From Phoronis australis (lineage: Eukaryota; Animalia; Phoronida), in NCBI GenBank assembly GCA_002633005.1, contig NMRA01000474.1, positions 124,001-188,000 on the forward strand: 64,000 nt of DNA. The letters run 5' to 3'. Both the position numbers and the translations under genes were made by a program. Of this stretch, positions 57,201-64,000 are shown in pieces. The notes below the pieces were generated by a model. The model did not search any database. It was not told the origin of the DNA and worked only from the letters and a program-made list of their open reading frames with translations. Position 1 is the first letter of the stretch, and each line of letters opens with the position of its first letter.

Positions 57201-60200
57201 ACAGATGTCACCACAAATCAATAAAATATGAAACAATTCCTCAATTACATCCCAGAGCTTATTTGGAAGAGAGTGAGCAGTCCTACGAAAAAATTTCTTG
57301 ACATCTACCAAACACTAAAAACTTTTTCAAATCAATACGAGAACTGCCAAGTCCTTGGTAATACTGGGATCTTCAATACGTTTTCTAATCAACTAATCCT
57401 CATTTGTCAAGCGAGCGTTTTATTAGCATGGCGAAAACACACCCAAACTGTCACAAAAGACGTTAGGACATCAATCACTGCACAGGAAGTAAGATGTCTA
57501 TTTTCAAATCCATCTGTTTATTACACACAACAACTAGAACATTATGGACACCAATGTCAGAGCTCAATCCTTAACAGATGATAAAAGATCACCATGGCAA
57601 CATAGAAATCCAGTCAACCAACCCTGCTTTAGGATAAAGAGAAGATAGACATCGCCATGGCAACATACAAATCCAGTCAACCAACCCTGCTTTAGGACAA
57701 AGAGAAGATAGACACATCCAAAAATATCAGTGCCACTGTGAATTTGTGGAATTTACCCACAATGCCGTGCATCCACAGCACGTCGAGCACACTAATACTT
57801 CTTTGGCCAGAAATATTCCTCTTGGCAAGGTGTGCGGAAAGGAATTTGGAAGCAGCCAATCACAGCATTACGTAGTGATCGACAAGCGGTTCACACAACT
57901 GTGAGATTGAAAATGTTTCGTCAACAAGTCTTGCGAAGTGGAGTGAATGACTCGAAATCTAATTCCTTCGTGCATGAAAAGACCATGTTCACCTTGCTAA
58001 TCCGCATGGCTCACAGGTGTTGTGGCATGAGCTTCAGATTTGAAATGTTAGTTTCGTAAAATTTTGCTGGTCTGAACACAAACATTAATGCAAGCTACAG
58101 CCAAATTATTTGTCTGCAATTTAAAATAATAGCTAGGTGTGTAACATAACTACTTTCCCTGTCCCGGGTCACTTATCTAGAGACACATTGCCAAATGGAT
58201 AAGCTGTGTTTCCAGTCCCATGGAGCTTAAAGCAATCAAGAAAAGGCTAATAGTCACTTACAGAAGTGCTGCATATTGAGAACCAGTTTCCTCCATTAAA
58301 TAATGGGCAACAAACTGGTTCTCAACATCCGGAATGCCTGTAACTGACTATTGCCAAGACAAGTTTTGGACTCATAAACTGCCATTCCACGCAGTACTTA
58401 CCACCAACAGATGTCGTGACTGGTTGCTGATGCCTTCAGCGTGCACATTCCACGTGAGGGTCCGAGTTTGCGGCGGGGTGGCAAGAATAACGATTATACC
58501 GTGTCTTCCAGCTTCTGGAAGTAGAGATAAGGATCCGTCACTAGCCATACAATGCCACAGCAGCCTGTCACAGCGCTTTTGGTCATAAAGTCTAATTTAC
58601 ACCTGTGACTACTAATCACTTACGATAATTAAAACAGGATTAGATGACATCTTAATAGCAATCTGCTTATAAGCACATATGTCCACCAGTTGATGATCAA
58701 GTTTCAATTTTCATCTAAAAGCATTGCCATCAGAAAAAAAAAACACTAGAGATCAGCAGGTTACCATTACTTTGAACTGTCAAGGTTGTAGTCTAGCACA
58801 GCTCATGGAGCAATCACTTCACGTGTGAGGGACTGCTCACTATTCTGTTGACTGCTACAGGGATCATATTAAAACGAACCTAGTTACTAAAGTCCCACCC
58901 TACCCTAGAACAACTTGCACTAGTGCATGACAATGAACAGCTGATGCGAATATGGCACGCTAAAGAAGACCTGTCAGTTAAGCAACTGAAGCTGATAATT
59001 ACTTTGGCCTGGCCCCGGGTTTGCAGCCACACAGGTGTTAGAGGTGGCGCATGTTACCCTAGAACAACTACCTTGATGTGGTGGAGTAAGTTGTCACAGG
59101 TGGGGTAAGTTGTCACAGGTGGGGTAAGTTGTCACAGGTGGGGTAAGTTACAACAGTTTAAATAGCCTCCACACAGACTCCAAACCTAGCGGCAACTCAT
59201 TCCAGGAGTAACTTGTTCAAAGGTGTTTGTAGACAGCACTTATTGCAAGTCGATTAAGATTATCGAGGTACTTAATAAACAACCTCAACTTAAGTCAAAT
59301 ATCAAAAACTATGTTTTGTCAACCATTAAAAGTATATATTTTCTGAAAGGAGAAATAAAGAGTACTAAAAATATGCTTCTTTCTACAGAGTCTTTACTAC
59401 TGTCACGTGATGTTTTTAGAAAGGTACATTCATAACAACATAACACTCCAGTCTACTTTTACTAAAACTTTTTTAAATGAAAACTTTATGTTGTGTCTCA
59501 AAAACAATGGATTTTGCTTTACAGAAGCATGGAACGCGAAAGCTCCTCAAGAATATCTTTTAAACAATTTCTGACGTAAATACCATCTCGCAACATCTAG
59601 TGCAGAATAAATGACTTTCCCGTGAGGAAATTTCCAGAAAAATTCACAAAATTCACCATTTTTGAAATACATGAGAAGGATAAACCCTGTGGTTACCACA
59701 GACTTTCTAATCTCCTTCCCACTCATGATAAATGCGCTCATGCGCTCACATTCATTTGCTTGAAGTCGCTTAAGGTCAAGGTCACATTTTCCATACAAGT
59801 AAAAGGTACTACGTTTATGTCTTGCCATACCAAATAAGGAGACCTACTTTGCAACGAAGTGGCAAGCAGATGACGTGTTGTTTTTTGAAATTCAAAACTA
59901 CAAGAAAATGCTTTGATATCGACAGAAAAAATCTTTATGAACAAACCTTGAAATTACTTGGAGAGCAGGCTGAATTCTGTTTCTGTGGCAGAGAACCACT
60001 TTCAATAATGCAACTTAGTCTGTTCATCACATTCCAGGCCTCCTTAAAATGCCCAGTATTCGCACACCGAGCAACATACACATAAGACTGCATTCTTCTT
60101 ACAAAAAAATGCCTCGTGTTTTACAAGTTAATTTGGCAACAAATACGAACTAAGTGAATAATCGGAAATTCCTAACGACGTCTTTGAGACATAACCCGCA

Positions 60201-61545
60201 AGTCTCAGATCTATAAACTACAATTGGAGGTCCCATGTGTGGCGTTAATGTTTTCTCAAGTGTATGATTCGGCCAGTGACGTTGGTGTAAGAACTAAGTA
60301 TATTTCAATATAACCAAAGACTTTAAATCCACATTTGGGATTTGTATTTCAGAGGTCCTACGGGTAATGTTAATATCTTTCAAGAGTGTCATGCGGTCAG
60401 TGGCGTTGGTGTAAACGTCTAACTGGACTTTGATGTAACCAACACGTTAAATCCACATTTGGGATCTGCATGTTTACAATATGCTAGACTCCGTATCACT
60501 AACATTGACTTCAAGGTCAGATATTAGTTTCAATCAGCTTCAGGTCATTGTCATTCGCCGCATTTAAACGTAAGACAGCAGTCACGAAGCAACTAACTCG
60601 AATCAGCTGATCGGACGCAAGCGTGTGTGTGTAAACATGACTGACACGGAACAAGTTGACACCGATTTGAGGGGTAGAGTGTGTTGCACTCCAACAGTTG
60701 CTCCAGTTTTAACTACATGTCTTAACAATGCGAGTGACAGCTCTGTAACTTTGGACCTTCGATACAAAGTAAACACACACATCCGATAATTGGGCTAAGG
60801 CGAAAGTTGTTGCTCTGTGCATGACAATGAACAGCTGATGCGAATATGGCGCAAAAAAGAAGACCTGTCTGTGCTGCTGCCCCAGGTTTGTCGCAACACA
60901 GGAGTTAGGAGTGGCGCGAGTTACCCTACAACGAGTTACCCTACCTCGATAAGGTGCAGTAACTTGCCACAAGTACGGTAAGTTGCACTAGTTTAAGTAG
61001 CATCCAGGCAGCCCCCACACCAGGAGTAATGTGTTCTAGGGTAAGTGTGGGTGAGGACGGCACTTATAAGGTGCCTTGAGTAAAAGAACTTCAATCAAAA
61101 TTCAAATTAAAACTAAAATTTTCACTGTCCCAAACTGGAGAATTTTTACGGTAAAGTTAATAAGATAGTCGTAGAGAGTGACCCTTTGAAGCAATTAAGG
61201 AACGTCAAGCATAGTACTAGCCTGGGTAATAAATAACAATAACCAGCTACACTAACGAATCAAAGGAAAGAGTTGTACCCACTAACGTGAACCAAATCAT
61301 GGCTTCAGAGATGGAATTTTGCAGGACCGTTTACAATTGCTACTTACCTGATCCCTCCCGCGGGGCAATGTTCAATGTAACTTTGTTATCACTGGGATTA
61401 CGTAGATGGACGATATATACTTCTCGAGGATAGTGAAATTGTGTTGAGCAACCCCACACCTTAGACGGTGCGTCGTAGAAAATCGACGTGAACTTTGACT
61501 TTATTGGACCAAGTAGTTGACACTGTGTGCGCCTTCGACATTCCA
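30235..61545 (-). CDS. TGFBR3: TGF-beta receptor type III (betaglycan/endoglin family): orphan domain, ZP-N, ZP-C, TM and short Ser/Thr tail; 5'-partial (signal-peptide exon not found)
   Basis: Exons in transcript order: 61545-61348, 58514-58402, 44625-44448, 43706-43592, 43069-42880, 42137-41972, 41681-41485, 40470-40327, 37821-37633, 36557-36434, 33664-33568, 33063-32931, 31735-31573, 30918-30688, 30347-30235 (TAG). All GT-AG and in phase; about 782 codons. Motifs: GCST...PREVYIVHLR, LIRWATRRYGGVTS, FP.DC, VHIVE, LVLQS...LW, SYVLA..AN.I.L, LTLQD..CQAR.N.THFILET.LDGCGTR, CW...YVIRNGC, IYLYCQV..C, TM VVAIAFASFVIGILLMGAMWFIHSRT, tail QSTPNST. These resemble vertebrate TGFBR3 and ENG. Confidence 0.9.
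33129..33400. repeat. 34-bp minisatellite (aaaacacgtcttgagactcagcacagaatatggt) x ~8
   Basis: Read directly; period 34 (33197 to 33231), decaying at the right end. Confidence 0.92.
33786..35561. mobile_element. Kolobok-like DNA transposon remnant (1776 bp) with TTAA target-site duplication
   Basis: TTAA at 33782-33785 and 35562-35565. 15-bp terminal inverted repeats AGGAGAATGCCACCC and GGGTGGAATTGTCCT (13/15). AG (purine-purine) termini are typical of Kolobok rather than piggyBac (CCY). An internal KolX-like coding remnant is present. Confidence 0.75.
34994..35198 (+). pseudogene. Frameshifted KolX / P2X7 C-terminal ballast (nanor-like) domain remnant
   Basis: GYQFEPEYSNQE from 34994, then in another frame ENRLNDLSWCQCANCTIMKTTDAYVCRHEIQHV (W at 35106), ending at TAA 35196-35198. 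Resembles the YxFEP ... RL.n..WCxCxxCxxMxT...CCxEI signature. Confidence 0.65.
35564..35616. mobile_element. Palindromic MITE family, internally deleted copy 2
   Basis: aatagtcacttac...aagtgactatt termini with the middle missing; abuts the right TTAA of the Kolobok element. Confidence 0.6.
35740..36331. repeat. Compound trinucleotide microsatellite (GTT/GCT/ATT/GAT); core at 36047-36331
   Basis: Read directly. It produces the poly-L, poly-V and poly-T ORFs in the track, and lies in a TGFBR3 intron. Confidence 0.95.
37902..38159. repeat. 25-bp minisatellite (gttaaaggactggatagtaactgca) x ~10, with one more unit at 39538-39565
   Basis: Read directly; near-perfect units with no spacers. Confidence 0.95.
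38160..39537 (+). mobile_element. Non-autonomous hAT-type DNA transposon (1378 bp) with 8-bp target-site duplication
   Basis: 17-bp terminal inverted repeats CAGGGCTCAACACTAAC and GTTAATGTTGAGCCCTG (16/17). GTTAAAGG duplicated at 38152-38159 and 39538-39545. Subterminal TTGCCCG/CGGGCAAG arrays at both ends. Internal decayed zinc-finger-like peptide (STAFVSGCKSYR, ~38740-38780). Confidence 0.9.
41114..41252. mobile_element. Short MITE-like element with CAGTGGCGGAT...ATCCACTCCTG ends
   Basis: Imperfect terminal inverted repeats; no clear target-site duplication. Confidence 0.4.
44197..44300. mobile_element. Palindromic ~104-bp MITE family, copy 3
   Basis: aatagtcacttacag...ttgacaaccagttt...aaactggttctcaa...ggctatt; closely similar to 58249-58352. 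Confidence 0.8.
52379..52640 (-). mobile_element. Possible highly decayed non-LTR retrotransposon reverse-transcriptase fragment
   Basis: ALVFAVSLGVLLRLVNL...RVLKFNP, followed in another frame by HLGI, resembles the RT segment after YADD (L.A.S..GLQ.LL...W.L.FNP.K ... YLG). The catalytic DD is not visible. Confidence 0.3.
52838..52905. repeat. 14-bp tandem repeat (atgtgaagccagta) x ~4.5
   Basis: Read directly. Confidence 0.9.
56142..56202. repeat. 19-bp tandem repeat (tttgtgacgatttctagaa) x 3
   Basis: Read directly. Confidence 0.85.
56347..56529. repeat. 43-bp tandem repeat (gagcaaaataaggccaataatgtatatttctagttacaacctt) x 4
   Basis: Read directly. Confidence 0.92.
57590..57713. repeat. ~63-bp tandem duplication
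   Basis: ccatggcaacata.aaatccagtcaaccaaccctgctttagga.aaagagaagatagaca occurs twice. Confidence 0.9.
58249..58352. mobile_element. Palindromic ~104-bp MITE family, best-preserved copy 4
   Basis: Termini aatagtcacttacag ... ctgtaactgactatt (14/15 inverted match), with internal arms ttgagaaccagttt and aaactggttctcaa. Confidence 0.8.
58900..61075. repeat. Two dispersed copies of one repeat (~58900-59260 and ~60800-61075); the first contains a 20-bp tandem (gtaagttgtcacaggtgggg) x 3
   Basis: Shared gtgcatgacaatgaacagctgatgcgaatatggc.c.aaagaagacctgtc, gtggcgc..gttacccta and caggagtaa blocks. Confidence 0.75.
60228..60465. repeat. Diverged tandem duplication of ~120 bp
   Basis: cagtg.cgttggtgtaa and ttaaatccacatttgggat each occur twice, about 122 bp apart. 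Confidence 0.7.
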
Positions 61546-64000
61546 CTGAAATGGTGACGGCATGCGATCAATAGTGTCAAATACATTTCACGAGTACACA
61601 AATATACAGCAGTGAGAGTAGGGCAATTACCTGAAAAGGTCAACCTCGCAACAAAAAATTAAAGTTGTGGCTACACTAACATTTCTGGTCTAATCTGAAA
61701 TCTAGTTTCAGTGCCCATATTTGACCGTCCTATAATTCTCTGCCTACACGGACCCATTTTAGGGGTCACTTGACCTTAAGAAATTAGCTTGATTTTCATG
61801 TGTGTTGCTAATTATTGTTATAAAAAAGCTAATTATGGGTATTTCACTATCAAATTTGAGCAATCACGTGATCCCCAAACTTTATAAAAAATAAAATTTC
61901 AACTTTGGCACATCATCGACCTTTTCAGGCCAAAGGCCAACTCCTGGATATCATGGTACCCTACATCAAAGGTGATTCCTTTGGTCCACGTGGTCCCTTG
62001 TGTGTGCGACCATCCAAAGGCAATTTACAGTAGAACAAGTGCTCATCTGGACAGAACTAATTGCAAAACAGAGCTACACTCCAAAATACCTCAGTGCCAT
62101 GGCGATTAATTTATTATTCCTACACATCTGCCACACACTAATCTCGCTATTGTAGACTACTACCAATCCAAGAACATGTTTCTTTCTACAACCATTAAGT
62201 CATTATTGCAGGTTGATATAATGGTGCTTGATTAGGTGACCTGCAACTTGCCAATGTGACTTCATAGTGTGTTTGGCGACCTGGGAATATCAAGTCGCCA
62301 CAATCAGTTTCAAAGACACACAACAATTCACCCGAAATTTGTTTGAAAATTTGTGGTGATTTCAAAACTTTGAATCAGTAACATATTTCCTCATATAATA
62401 ACTGCGATTCACAATTGTTCCGTTGATCTCATGAAACCAGTGCACTTGCCACCCTCACCAGTCACCACCCGTCAATCGTGTTTAAATTACAGAAGGAACT
62501 AGAGACCGAAGTTGGAATTGTTCGACAAATGTCGGGCAAGGTCGGATCACGAAACTCATGCATTCTCCGTTGGTAGGAAAATTTGACTGCACAAAAAGTG
62601 AATGATACACATAATCGGAATACTTGAGCTACCCCATATGCGTAATTTGTAACAAAGCTTCAACATCGATTTTGGTGACCTGGGATTTTCAGCAAGTCGC
62701 ATTTGGCGAGTTGGTGTTCAGCTAAGTCTCATGCACAGCATAACAACAACAAGAAGCTGGCTGAAGTAACTGATCACTTCCCTAGCTAAGCACGCATTCC
62801 ACACCACCAGCTCATTGTACGAGAATATTCTGCAGCTTAACTAATAACCTCTTATGACTGGTGAATGTTAATCAGGTTTATATGTGCATAGTCATTATCA
62901 ACACCAATAATTGTCACTAATTACTACATAAAACGCCTTCTTAAAAATAGCTTATGTCAGGTTGGCCTCGATGCATCAGTCACGGTGATGGTGGTTTCAG
63001 AGGCTAATTTATTCTATTCGGTGTTTTGATCTTCACCAGAGTATATTAAGTTTCTATACCCTGATCCAATTACCATTTTCACCCTTACTCTAAAATATAA
63101 AATCCTGTAGACACCAGCATACAAGCACCACACTTGATTGCACAACCCCATCACAACTACAAAGCCAAGGGCTTCGCGCTAGCACTTACACTTTCCGCAA
63201 AAGCTCACCAATTTAAGAAAAAAACAGGCAGAAAAGTGAAATTTCATTTTCTCATAAAAGATGCCCGGCACCAAATGAACGTTTTTGCAAGTTCAAATTC
63301 TGTATCACAGCTACGACCATACAATATCATGAAAATTTACAAGCCTAAGCAACAATGCTATAAGCCTTTGAAAAATGAAAAAGGCAATTTTGGTCGAGCT
63401 AACGTATACAAAAGCACATTTCCTTCATACAAGGACATCTTGTGGACACTTGATGTATGGTATATTAATCATTTAAATATCTCGCTGCACAACACTGATA
63501 ACTGGACATACGACAATCGTTGAGTTTATACAAGAAGCATTGAAATCCCACGCATAAACATTAGTGCACTGAACACCGAGGCACTCCATCCCCATCAAGA
63601 CACAAACTATATTTCTTTACGTATCAGCATACGTTATTTTTACCATAAGCACATTAACACGCGAACATTTTCGTTTCAATTCACCAGCAACGAATAGACA
63701 CTCTCAAATTTAGCGCAAAATATGGGGAAGAAACGCAATTTTTGTCTTTTTAGAAACAAAAATAAATATTTAGGTTTTTCATTAATATCGGCAATGTATT
63801 TAAATTAGTCAGTTTAAGAAAAAACTTGTGAAATATTTTAAGCATTTTAGCATTGTTTCAGTCCTTTAAACATGGAAATAGCATATTAAGCAATTTCTGA
63901 AGCTCAAAACTGAACAGACGATTATGCCCTAATTAGCTATCACTGAGATAAGGAATAACATAATGTTGTACTCGCAAACTAACAATTTCGGCTGGTAGTT

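Noticed and set aside
61546-64000. Search for the TGFBR3 signal-peptide exon, and the 129-aa plus-strand ORF at 63134-63523
   Set aside because: I found no convincing ATG plus hydrophobic stretch plus phase-1 donor, so the exon probably lies beyond the window. The ORF has no recognisable motif.

Overview
AT-rich, intron-containing animal DNA. It looks like an invertebrate deuterostome, possibly a hemichordate; this is inferred from gene structure and repeat content, not established. I reconstructed three spliced genes by hand, using GT-AG boundaries and frame phase. (1) CDC7 kinase, minus strand, 9 coding exons, 2923-8081, about 519 aa. (2) WDR46/UTP7, plus strand, 15 coding exons, 10207-24883, about 625 aa; it is head-to-head with CDC7 across a ~130-bp E2F/CRE promoter. 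(3) A TGF-beta type III receptor (betaglycan/endoglin-like), minus strand, 15 exons from 30235 to 61545, whose signal-peptide exon I could not locate. The CDC7-WDR46-TGFBR3 neighbourhood looks like an ancestral piece of the MHC paralogon. Introns hold a TTAA-flanked Kolobok-like element with a decayed KolX/P2X7-ballast-like motif, a hAT element inserted in a 25-bp satellite, a palindromic ~104-bp MITE family and many minisatellites. Several minisatellites are copies of exon/splice-donor junctions. Copies of a 32-bp inverted-repeat motif cluster around the shared promoter. One WDR46 exon is duplicated across an N, probably an allelic assembly artefact. No RNA genes or CRISPR arrays were recognised. 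All homology calls come from remembered motifs, not database searches.
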